A stretch of 64,000 nucleotides of DNA from Gemmatimonadota bacterium (lineage in GTDB: Bacteria; Gemmatimonadota; Gemmatimonadetes; JACCXV01), in contig DATBJW010000010.1 in assembly GCA_036556205.1 (NCBI GenBank), positions 4,228 to 68,227 of the forward strand, read 5' to 3'. Positions within the stretch are counted from its first letter, which is position 1; each line of letters opens with the position of its first letter. The notes beneath the pieces are model-generated. The model searched no databases. It was given only the letters and a program-made list of their open reading frames with translations, and was not told the DNA's origin. Shown here in pieces: positions 9,821 through 20,103 of the stretch. Both the position numbers and the translations under genes were made by a program.

Positions 9821-9856
9821 GTTCCGGGCCGGAACGTTCCGGGAAGGAGGGTTCCC
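9821..9856. promoter_or_regulatory. Candidate enhancer (UAS) for the sigma-54 activator
   Basis: Perfect 15-bp palindrome GTTCCGG-G-CCGGAAC at 9821-9835. It is followed by another GTTCCGGG (9836-9843) and GGTTCCC (9850-9856), 35-70 nt upstream of the -24 element. Confidence 0.4.
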
Positions 9857-9924
9857 TTTTTACAGGCGGGCGGCGTGCCGAGAGGGGATTTTTTTCGTGA
9901 ATCGACCGGCGGGACGACCCGGGC

Positions 9925-11364
9925 TCAGAGGCGGGCGTAACCTTCCTTCTCGTAGCGGTTGAGCTTGTTGTGAAGGGTCTTCAAGCTCACCCCGAGGATC
10001 CTGGCGGCTTGAGTCTTGTTGTTGTCCGTGTGCTCCAGCGTGCGATAGATGATCCGCCGCTCGTAGTTGTCCAGCGTGTCCCCGATCGGCAGGGTGAGCG
10101 CGCTGCCCGACGTGGCCGGACCGCCGACGCGCGCCGGCAGGTCGCCGATCCCGATACGCTCGGCGGCGGTCAGCACGACGGCGCGCTCGATGACGTTCTT
10201 GAGCTCACGGACGTTTCCCGGCCAGCTGTACTCCTGCAGGGCCTTCGTCACCTTGGGGTCGAAGCCCCGGATCCGCTTCTCGTACTTCTCGGCGAACGTC
10301 TTCAGGAACTCCTCCGCCAGCAGCAGGATGTCGCCCAGGCGGCTGCGCAGCGGCGGCAGGTGGATCTCGACGACCGAGAGCCGATAGTAGAGGTCCTCGC
10401 GAAACTTCTTCTCCTCCATGGCCTGCGGAACGTCCTGGTTCGTCGCGGCGATGAAGCGCACGTCGAGCTGGATCGTGTCCCGCCCGCCCAGGCGACGAAA
10501 CTGCTTGTCCTCGAGCACGCGCAGGATCTTGACCTGCAGGTCGGGCTCCAGTTCGGCGATCTCGTCCAGGAACACCGTGCCGCCCTGCGCGAGCTCCAGC
10601 GACCCCACCTTCTCCGCCACGGAGCCCGTGAAGGCTCCCTTCACGTGCCCGAACAGCTCGTTCTCGATGATGTCGCGCGGCAGCGCCCCGCAGTTGATGG
10701 GCACGAACTCCCTGTCGGCCCGGCTCGAGCGGTTGTGGATGGCGCGCGCCACGAGCTCCTTGCCGGTCCCGCTCTCGCCCTGGATGAACACGGTGGCATC
10801 GGTGTCGGCCACGGCCTCGATGAGCCGGTAGACCTCCCGCATCTCGGCGCTCTCGCCGATCAGGTCCTCGAAGCGGCTCATCTTCTCGATGCGGCGCTTG
10901 AGCTCCTGGTTCGTGCGCAGGATCTCGTAGCGCTCGACCGCTTTGGGCAGGATCGAGAGCAACCGCGGCACGTCGACCGGCTTCGTGAGGTAGTCGTAGG
11001 CCCCGTCGCGCATGGCCTGGATGGCCGTGTCCACGCTGCCCTGACCCGTGATGATGATCACCTCGGTGGGAACCTTCGTCTCGCGCAGGCGGGCCAGGAC
11101 CTCGAGACCGTCCAGGCCGGGCAGCATGAGGTCCACGAGCAGCACCGCGAGGTCGCCCCGGCGCAGCTTCTGCCAGGCTTCCTCGCCGTCGGCCGCCGAC
11201 TCCACGACGTAGCCTTCGTCGATCAGGATCTCGGAGAGGCTCTCGACGATGGTCGGCTCGTCGTCGCAGACCAGCACGCGGGCCTTGCGGTACGGGGTTG
11301 GCGACGCGGCGACTCGGGCGGGCGATTCGGTCATCGGCTCGGTGGTCATCGGCTCGGTGGTCAT
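9925..11364 (-). CDS. Sigma-54-dependent response regulator (NtrC family: receiver + AAA+ + HTH)
   Basis: Receiver (VLVCDDEP..., LLVDLMLPGLDG). AAA+ Walker A GESGTGKE. Sigma-54 contact loop GAFTGS. C-terminal HTH NKTQAARILGVSLKTLHNKL. The start at 11364 (MTTEPMTTEPMTE...) forms an ATGA overlap with the kinase stop. Alternative ATGs at 11349 and 11334. Confidence 0.9.
   Translation of the reverse strand: MTTEPMTTEPMTESPARVAASPTPYRKARVLVCDDEPTIVESLSEILIDEGYVVESAADGEEAWQKLRRGDLAVLLVDLMLPGLDGLEVLARLRETKVPTEVIIITGQGSVDTAIQAMRDGAYDYLTKPVDVPRLLSILPKAVERYEILRTNQELKRRIEKMSRFEDLIGESAEMREVYRLIEAVADTDATVFIQGESGTGKELVARAIHNRSSRADREFVPINCGALPRDIIENELFGHVKGAFTGSVAEKVGSLELAQGGTVFLDEIAELEPDLQVKILRVLEDKQFRRLGGRDTIQLDVRFIAATNQDVPQAMEEKKFREDLYYRLSVVEIHLPPLRSRLGDILLLAEEFLKTFAEKYEKRIRGFDPKVTKALQEYSWPGNVRELKNVIERAVVLTAAERIGIGDLPARVGGPATSGSALTLPIGDTLDNYERRIIYRTLEHTDNNKTQAARILGVSLKTLHNKLNRYEKEGYARL
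11335..11364 (-). repeat. Perfect 15-nt tandem duplication at the 5' end of the activator gene
   Basis: On the coding strand ATGACCACCGAGCCG occurs twice (11364-11350 and 11349-11335), followed by a third related ATGACCGAATCGCCC. This encodes MTTEP-MTTEP-MTESP. Confidence 0.9.
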
Positions 11365-12338
11365 CTGGCTGGCGGCTCCGCGGCTGGCTCCGCGCGGAAG
11401 CGGTAAACGAGCCGGACGGGGTTGCGCGGATCGTAGGTGAGGGCGCCGCCGTTCTTGGCCACGAGCTCCTCGGCGACGCCGAGGGCGACGGAGCCTGGCT
11501 GCACCCCGGGGCACTCCACAACAACTTGGTAGTCGCGGCCCCCCGAGTCCAACCTGACTTTCACCTCGCCTCCCGGCGGGCTCTCGCGGATGGCCACGGC
11601 GCAGGGGCCCAGCAGCGCGCGCAGGAGCTCGACCTCATCGGCCCGGGCGAGGGCGGAGGCCGCGCCCAGCTGCTGGCTGAGCGTCACGCGCGCATCGCGG
11701 GCCGGCGCGTGGAGCAGCTCGCAGACCGACTCCACGACCGAGACCAGGTCCACCGTGCCCGGGCGGTGCTCGCGCCGCCGCACCATGTCCAGGAAGTGCT
11801 GCAGGCGGACCTCCAGTCGCTGCACCTCGGACTGGATCGTGTCCAGGTTCTTCAGCGGCTCGGCCTGGCCTGCGAGCTTGCGACGGGCGAGCTCGAGCAC
11901 GAGCACGATCGCGTTCAGCGGATTGCGGAAGCGGTGCGCCATGAGCTCCGCCGCCAGACGCACGTGGTCGAGCGTCACGTGGCACTGCGCGCCTGCGCGC
12001 GCCTGCTCGAGCGCTTCCACGTCGGTGAGCAGCAGCAGCAGACCGTCGAGGCCGCGCGGGGAGCGGATCCGGTGCGGCGTGGCCAGGAACGCGCGCTCGC
12101 CGGCGCCCGCTCGCACGCGCACCTCGCCAGCGGCCGGCTCGTCCGCGGCTCGAAGCGCCTCCGCCACCCAGGCCGGGATGTCCGAGGCCGACTCGAGGAA
12201 CGCGCCCACGCGGGCCAGGACGTCGGCCTCCGGCGCCCCCGCTGCGTCCGCCCCCGCCAGCGCGCGCGCGGGCCCGTTCGCGAAGAGCAGGCGACCCTCA
12301 GCGTCGTAGAGGAGAACGCCTTCAGCGATCTCCCGCAT
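11361..12338 (-). CDS. Soluble PAS-like sensor histidine kinase homolog with a divergent catalytic domain
   Basis: 325 aa with no TM segments. H-box AHRFRNPLNAI. The C-terminal region aligns loosely to HATPase_c, but the N/G1/G2 boxes look eroded (LLGPCAVAI; VVVECPGVQPGSVALGV). The start overlaps the VWA gene stop by 1 nt. Confidence 0.7.
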   Translation of the reverse strand: MREIAEGVLLYDAEGRLLFANGPARALAGADAAGAPEADVLARVGAFLESASDIPAWVAEALRAADEPAAGEVRVRAGAGERAFLATPHRIRSPRGLDGLLLLLTDVEALEQARAGAQCHVTLDHVRLAAELMAHRFRNPLNAIVLVLELARRKLAGQAEPLKNLDTIQSEVQRLEVRLQHFLDMVRRREHRPGTVDLVSVVESVCELLHAPARDARVTLSQQLGAASALARADEVELLRALLGPCAVAIRESPPGGEVKVRLDSGGRDYQVVVECPGVQPGSVALGVAEELVAKNGGALTYDPRNPVRLVYRFRAEPAAEPPAR

Positions 12339-13993
12339 CAGGTGCCGCCCCCCTCGCCGCCGCCGGCCGGCAGCGCGACGACACGTGCGGCGCCCGGCTC
12401 GACCCGCACGTTGCGCTCGACGACCGGGGGAGTCGTCTCGACCAGCAAGTCGTAGCTGCCGGCCAGCACGGCTTGCCTCTCGCCCGTGAGGAAGGTGCCG
12501 AGGATGGCGGTGGGAGACTCCTCGCCGGCCCCCGGGCTCTGGGGACGCAGCAGCGTAACGGGGACGCTCAGCGGTCGTCCCGCCGCGTCGGCGGCCTCCA
12601 CCACCAGGGTTCCCAGACTGGGCACGACCAGCGCGCTCGTCTCGGCGGGCGCCACCGTGAAGCTCTCCTGAACGTAGCGCGGCAGGCTGCGCACGACGGC
12701 CCGATACTCACCCGCCGGCACCGGTGCGGCGTCTCGCCAGGGCTCGACCAGGGTGGCCTCGCCGGTCGCGTAGTCGTGCAGCTCCACAGGGATCCCGCCC
12801 AGGTCGGAGAGCCCGGGCGCGCGTGCGGCCACGTACCCCAGTCCGCCCACGTGCACGGTGCGCAGCTCCCCGGGCCCGAGCTCGAGCGTGCGCCGCAGAG
12901 CCACCGAGTCCTCGACCTCCACCGTCAGCCGGTAGCGCCCGGCCCGGACGTAGAGCGGCTGGGCGCCGGAAACGTAGGTTTCCGCTCCGCCGGACGTATC
13001 GGGGACGAGCGAGGCATAGGCGGGCAGCGGCGTATTGACCGCGTCGTAGGCCTGCAGGCGCAGCTCGGCCAGGTCGTCGATGACGAGCTGCCGCTCGCCG
13101 CCGGGCAGGACGAGCACGCGCTCGAACACCGCAGGCGGCAGCGTCTCGATGATGACCCGGTACATCCCCGCCGGCAGCTCCTCGGGACGGCCCGTGCGCA
13201 GACGAACGGCTTCCGTGGCCCCGGTCCGGAACAGCCGGCCCTGAAGCGTGACCGGCCGGCCGGCCAGGAGCGCGTCCACGCGCAGAAGGCCCCGGTTCTG
13301 GAGCACGGCCGCGAGCCGCGTCATCTCCGGTTGCCAGTCGGATTCGGGCTGCAGGTTCACGAGGTAGCCCGACCTGTCCTCGGTCAGGCAGCGCAGCGCG
13401 CGCTCGTCCTGCTCGTCGAGCCCGAAGCCGATCACGTAGATGCGGGGACGGGCCGTCGGCGCGAGCGCCCACGTGCAGGGATCGCGGCCGCAGTTGTCGG
13501 AGCCGTCGGTGAAGACGACCCAGGCCTCGGAGCTCGTGTCGCCGCCCACCGCCACCTCGTCCAGCGCCCGGACCAGCGGCGAGACGCCGGTCGGGGCGAG
13601 ACCGGCGAGCTGGCGCTCGAGCGGCTGCTCGCGCCCATGGGCCAGCAGCCGCACGTCGCTGCAGTCGCGCGCGCGGCGGGGACTGCGGGCTCCGTAGACC
13701 CAGAGGCTGGGACGCGGCGCGGAGCCGCGGCGCTCCAGGTCGCGGTCGAGGGAGAGCAGCAGCGCCCGGGCGGCGTCCAGCTTCGTGCCGTGGCCGAAGC
13801 GCGCGCGCATCGAGCTCGAGACGTCGAGCACGTAGCGCACGGCCTCGAGCGGCCCCGCGCTCGCGGGCGTCTGGCCGACGGCGAACCCGTTCCAGGGAGC
13901 GGCTGCGACGATGAGGGCGGCGAGCGACAGGCTCCGCCGAAGCGTCGGCTCGGCGCGCGGCCGGCGGGCGGCGCACGAGGTCCACGGCGTCAC
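12338..13993 (-). CDS. Secreted von Willebrand factor type A (VWA) domain protein with four C-terminal repeat modules
   Basis: MIDAS-like VLDVSSSM. VWA core through ...VVFTDGSDN...YVIGFG. Signal-like LSLAALIVAAAPWNGFAVGQ. Four repeats each contain G-x-Y-R/D-hhh-E (GMYRVIIE, GRYRLTVE, GEYRAVVR, GSYDLLVE). The GTG start at 13993 is my choice. The ORF continues to 14161. Confidence 0.7.
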   Translation of the reverse strand: MTPWTSCAARRPRAEPTLRRSLSLAALIVAAAPWNGFAVGQTPASAGPLEAVRYVLDVSSSMRARFGHGTKLDAARALLLSLDRDLERRGSAPRPSLWVYGARSPRRARDCSDVRLLAHGREQPLERQLAGLAPTGVSPLVRALDEVAVGGDTSSEAWVVFTDGSDNCGRDPCTWALAPTARPRIYVIGFGLDEQDERALRCLTEDRSGYLVNLQPESDWQPEMTRLAAVLQNRGLLRVDALLAGRPVTLQGRLFRTGATEAVRLRTGRPEELPAGMYRVIIETLPPAVFERVLVLPGGERQLVIDDLAELRLQAYDAVNTPLPAYASLVPDTSGGAETYVSGAQPLYVRAGRYRLTVEVEDSVALRRTLELGPGELRTVHVGGLGYVAARAPGLSDLGGIPVELHDYATGEATLVEPWRDAAPVPAGEYRAVVRSLPRYVQESFTVAPAETSALVVPSLGTLVVEAADAAGRPLSVPVTLLRPQSPGAGEESPTAILGTFLTGERQAVLAGSYDLLVETTPPVVERNVRVEPGAARVVALPAGGGEGGGT

Positions 13994-14006
13994 GCGCCTC
14001 AAGCGG

Positions 14007-14255
14007 CTAACCCGTCTTGATCGAGAGAGAGCTTCCGCAACCGCTGCAGGTGGGCACCACGTCTCCGGCCGCGAGCACGACGCGCAGGCCGCAGCCCCGG
14101 CAGGCGAACTCCCCGCCGCGCGCCACGCGCTCGCCCGCGCGGTAGGTCCGTCCGATCTCACGGACCTTGGCGTCGTAGACGCTGCGCGCGAACGTCCCGG
14201 TGACGATCGCGAGGCCTCCGAGCACGAGGCGCTTGCCCCAGCGCTCCCAGCTCAT
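14007..14255 (-). CDS. Small membrane-anchored zinc-ribbon protein
   Basis: 82 aa starting MSWERWGKRLVLGGLAIVTGTF (TM). Two CxxC pairs (CRGCG ... CSGCG). Embedded in a longer 160-aa ORF whose upstream part is Arg/Pro/Gly junk. Confidence 0.5.
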   Translation of the reverse strand: MSWERWGKRLVLGGLAIVTGTFARSVYDAKVREIGRTYRAGERVARGGEFACRGCGLRVVLAAGDVVPTCSGCGSSLSIKTG

Positions 14256-14314
14256 CGGGCCCGCCGGCGGGTTTCCACGAGTGGCCGCGCCGGGACGCTT
14301 GCGCCGGCCCGCCG

Positions 14315-14578
14315 CTAGCCGCGGCGGCCGGTGAAGAGACGATGGATCAGGAGCAGGATGATGGCGCCGACGATGGCCGCCAGCAGGCCCGGAACGCTCA
14401 CGCGATCCAGCACCGGGTGCCCCAGGGCCTTGAAGAGATAGCCCCCCAGGAGCGCGCCCACGATGCCGATCAACGTGGTCACGATGCACCCGCCCGGATC
14501 CCTTCCCGGCAGGAGCAGCTTGGCGATCACTCCGGCCACCAGGCCGACGACGATGAGCCCGATCCAGTACACACCCAC
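14315..14578 (-). CDS. GlsB/YeaQ/YmgE-family stress membrane protein, paralog 2
   Basis: 87 aa. MGVYWIGLIVVGLVAGVIAKLL..GGCIVTTLIGIVGALLGGYLF.. is the typical family pattern. Confidence 0.8.
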   Translation of the reverse strand: MGVYWIGLIVVGLVAGVIAKLLLPGRDPGGCIVTTLIGIVGALLGGYLFKALGHPVLDRVSVPGLLAAIVGAIILLLIHRLFTGRRG

Positions 14579-14701
14579 CTCCCGGAAGGATTTCCTGACC
14601 CGCGCGCGTTGTCGGGGGGAACGCGAGCGGCTAATTTACCCGGGCTCCCCGGGACTGTCAAAGATCATTCCGCGAAAAGGACTTAGGCGATTTCGAGGGC
14701 C

Positions 14702-16945
<2,244 letters not shown>

Positions 16946-16961
16946 AGGCTGAAGGCCTCCG

Positions 16962-18428
16962 TCATCCCCCCGCGCTCGTCACCAGAGCCCTCACCAGCCG
17001 CTCGAGCTGGGCCTCGGGCACGCTCCCGAACGTCACCCGCAGCGCGTTGATCCCCAGCTCGGCGCTCTCCATCGGCACGACCCCCACGCGGTGCTCCCGC
17101 AGCGCACGGAACGCCACCTCCTCGGCCGAGCCCGAGCGCAGGTTCAGGAAGGCGAAGAAGCCGCTGTTGAAGGGATCCACGCGGAAGACCGCGCGCGCCT
17201 CGGGCGTTTCCAGAAGCGTTTTCAGCGTCTCCCGCCGCCGGCGCAGCATCTCGATCATGCGCGCGCGCTCGGCGAGCGCCACGTCCATGTCGTCGCGCAG
17301 GACGTGCGTGACGAGCCCCTGCACCGGGGTGGGCGCCGAGGAGATGATCGCGCGCAGCACGGCGGCCACCTTGTTCTCCCATTCCGCCTCGACGGCGGCC
17401 CGGTCGGCGGCCATCGCTTCCGGCAGGCCGAGCGTCAGCGCCCCGAGCCGCCCGCCGAAGAGCAGCAGCTCTTTCGTGATCCCGTCGCACTTGACCGGCC
17501 AGCACAGCGGGTGGAGCCCGACGAAGCCGTAAAAGAGCGAGACGGGATGCGCGTCGTCGTAGACGTAGCCCTCGTAGGCGTCGTCGAAGAGCAGCACCAG
17601 CGGCTTTCCGGTCTCCTCCAGCACGCCTCGCACGCGCTCGGCCAGCTCGGCGGCCTCCGCGACCGACGGCATGTAGCCCGTCGGGTTGTTCGGGAAGTTC
17701 AGGATCGCCGTCAGCTTGGGCTGGCGGCCCGCCACCTCGCGCAACCGGTCGGCGAAGCCGGCCAGGTCCAGCCGCCCCCCGGGCGTGAACAGGCGGTGGG
17801 CGGCCAGCCGCGCGCCCAGCACGGTCTCGAAGACGGTGTCGTAGCCGTCCCAGCGCTTGTCGGCGGCCACCAGCGCCTCGCCGGGATCCAGGAACAGGTG
17901 GCCCGCGGCGAAGAGCCCGCCGGTGACGCCGGGTGTGGCGATCGGAAGCGTGGTCAGCGCGCGCACGCGCTCGGGATCGGCCACGGCCGCGCACTTCTTG
18001 AGGAGCCAGGTCCGCCAGCCTTCGCGGAAGGGCCGCGCGCCGGCGACCGCCGTGTAAGGGAAGATCTCGGGCGGCGCGAGCTCCGGGAAATGCTCGTGCA
18101 CCGGGGAGAGGTAGAAGATGCCCGCGCGCTCGCCGGCCGAGGTGGCGGCGCCCGTCCCGGCGGGTGGAGCGGAGCTCGCCGTCCCGGCCCGCTGGCAGTC
18201 CGCCAGCTCCTCCGCCGTGCCGGCCAGCACGCCGATCGTGGCGTCCACGTCGGCCGCCCGGGCGCGCTCGACCCACGTGCGGATGCCCTCGTGCAGCACG
18301 GCCCGGCGGCCGCGCTCCGACAGCACGTCCCAGAGGCCGCCGGCGCGCAGCGCGGGGAAGTCCGCGCCGTCGGTCGGCGCCTCAGTGAGGGACGGCGAAG
18401 AGCTCGACATCGGGATCGTCTCCGGCAT
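16962..18428 (-). CDS. Class I/II fold PLP-dependent aminotransferase (long form)
   Basis: NFPNNPTGYMPS motif and a probable PLP-Lys context DGITKELLLFGGRLG. The start is uncertain. The first ATG gives a 47-nt overlap with the upstream gene. Confidence 0.75.
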   Translation of the reverse strand: MPETIPMSSSSPSLTEAPTDGADFPALRAGGLWDVLSERGRRAVLHEGIRTWVERARAADVDATIGVLAGTAEELADCQRAGTASSAPPAGTGAATSAGERAGIFYLSPVHEHFPELAPPEIFPYTAVAGARPFREGWRTWLLKKCAAVADPERVRALTTLPIATPGVTGGLFAAGHLFLDPGEALVAADKRWDGYDTVFETVLGARLAAHRLFTPGGRLDLAGFADRLREVAGRQPKLTAILNFPNNPTGYMPSVAEAAELAERVRGVLEETGKPLVLLFDDAYEGYVYDDAHPVSLFYGFVGLHPLCWPVKCDGITKELLLFGGRLGALTLGLPEAMAADRAAVEAEWENKVAAVLRAIISSAPTPVQGLVTHVLRDDMDVALAERARMIEMLRRRRETLKTLLETPEARAVFRVDPFNSGFFAFLNLRSGSAEEVAFRALREHRVGVVPMESAELGINALRVTFGSVPEAQLERLVRALVTSAGG

Positions 18429-20103
18429 GGAAGTAGAGCGCGGCCGGACGTTCGCCGGCGGTCACGCGGAAGAAGTCTGCGTCCTGGACGTCCAGGGTGC
18501 GCACGATCGCGAGGTCGGACTCCAGCCGCAGGGGCTCGAAGACGACTCCCGTCAGCCTCCCCGCGGGCAGACAGCCGCAGGCGGCCCCCCGCTCCGCCTC
18601 GCCGGCCAGCTCGATCGACCGGTAGCGCCAGGCCGGCTCGGCGGGGGGCGCGTCCGAGAGCGCCAGCGTGACGAACCAGTCCCGCAGGATGTCCCGAAAG
18701 GGAACGCCGGTCACCCGTTCGACGTTCTCGCGGCCCGCGAGGCCGCTCTGCCCGAGCGCCCGGTAGATCGCGTCGCCGAAGCGGTCGCCGAGCCAGAGGG
18801 CGAAGAGGAAGCGTCCGGCCACAAAATCGCTCCCGCGCCGCTCGGCGAGAAGGGGGAGCGACGCGTTCATGCGGGCGAGGAAGGCGGAGACGCGGCGCAG
18901 GTCCTCGCCCGGATAGCCGGCCTTCCACTCCGCCACCTGCGAGAACCCCTCGTTCAGCCACGGCTCGTCAACGGGCCGCCCGGCACGGTCCCAGCGGAAG
19001 TGCTGCGAGGCGTTGATGACGTGCTGGTACTCGTGGGCGAGGACGCGCAGCTGCTCCTCGGCGGGCTGGTCGGGGTCCCAGGCCGTGTAGAGGACCTCGC
19101 GTCCCCTGCGCTGGACGGACCCGCAGTAGACCCCGCCGTCGGGGCGCATGGCGTGGCTCATCACGGCCAGCACGCGCCCGTTCCCATCCAGGTCCACGGG
19201 CCGGCCGAAGAGGCCCTCGAGGAGCGGAGCCACGTGCGCGTCGAAGGTGTCCACCAGCTCGGACAGGCGCGCGGGGTCGGGCGGCTGCGCGGCGTCCACG
19301 TAGAGCGCGAGCGCGCGACCCGCGCGCGCGAGCGGCGCGAAGCGATGCGCGCCGAGCTCGCAGTTGGCCACGTCGTACGCCTTCGGGAGGTCGCCCGCGA
19401 AGGGGAAGCTCGTGTCGGGGAAGGCTCCGGCCGGCGGCGTCTCCGCGGGTTCCGTCGAGGGGATGGCGGGCACGAGGCGCGGCGCGGCGGCGGGCGAGGC
19501 CGCTGCGTCCAGCGCGACTCCCTCGTCGCTCCGCAGCGCGTACTCGAGTCGTCCGCGCTCGGGAGACGTGTCGTAGGGAACGAGATCCACGGTGGCGCCG
19601 GCGGGCACCTCGAGCAGGACCCCGCGGCCGGCGCGCGGCACCGCGAGCACCGTGCCGGGCGCGGCCGCCAGCGCGAAGGCGGGACGCGCCAGCACCTCCA
19701 CGCGGATCGCCGCACCCGGATCCTCCACGACCTGGATCCGCACGCGCGTCGAATCCGGCGAGCCCGAGGACACGTAGGGCACCGACGCCACGCCGGCCGC
19801 GTCGGTGAGCGCCGTCGCCCGGGCCACGCGTCCCCCGCCGCGCTCGACCTCGAAGCGCACCTCGACGTCCGCGGCCGACCCGCCCGTCCCGGGCAGCGGC
19901 AGCAGGCGGGCCGCCAGCCGGTCGGGCGAGCCACCGCCCGGCGCGCCGATCCGCACGCCGGGTCCCACGGGCTCGATCGCGAAGGTCCGGCCCCGCCCGG
20001 GGGCGGCCAGCGGGCCGGCGTTCTCTCCTCCGCAACCGGTGGCCACCACACCGGTCAAGAGCACGAGCCAGGCCGGAGCGATCCCGGCCCTGCCGCGCGT
20101 CAC
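18382..20103 (-). CDS. Lipoprotein gluzincin metallopeptidase (M1-like HExxH...WLNEGF signature)
   Basis: This is the 3' 573 codons of a 1441-aa composite ORF. The GTG start at 20103 overlaps the uvrA stop (GTGA). Lipobox LLTGVVATGC. HEYQH followed 23 residues later by PWLNEGFS. Confidence 0.7.
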   Translation of the reverse strand: MTRGRAGIAPAWLVLLTGVVATGCGGENAGPLAAPGRGRTFAIEPVGPGVRIGAPGGGSPDRLAARLLPLPGTGGSAADVEVRFEVERGGGRVARATALTDAAGVASVPYVSSGSPDSTRVRIQVVEDPGAAIRVEVLARPAFALAAAPGTVLAVPRAGRGVLLEVPAGATVDLVPYDTSPERGRLEYALRSDEGVALDAAASPAAAPRLVPAIPSTEPAETPPAGAFPDTSFPFAGDLPKAYDVANCELGAHRFAPLARAGRALALYVDAAQPPDPARLSELVDTFDAHVAPLLEGLFGRPVDLDGNGRVLAVMSHAMRPDGGVYCGSVQRRGREVLYTAWDPDQPAEEQLRVLAHEYQHVINASQHFRWDRAGRPVDEPWLNEGFSQVAEWKAGYPGEDLRRVSAFLARMNASLPLLAERRGSDFVAGRFLFALWLGDRFGDAIYRALGQSGLAGRENVERVTGVPFRDILRDWFVTLALSDAPPAEPAWRYRSIELAGEAERGAACGCLPAGRLTGVVFEPLRLESDLAIVRTLDVQDADFFRVTAGERPAALYFHAGDDPDVELFAVPH

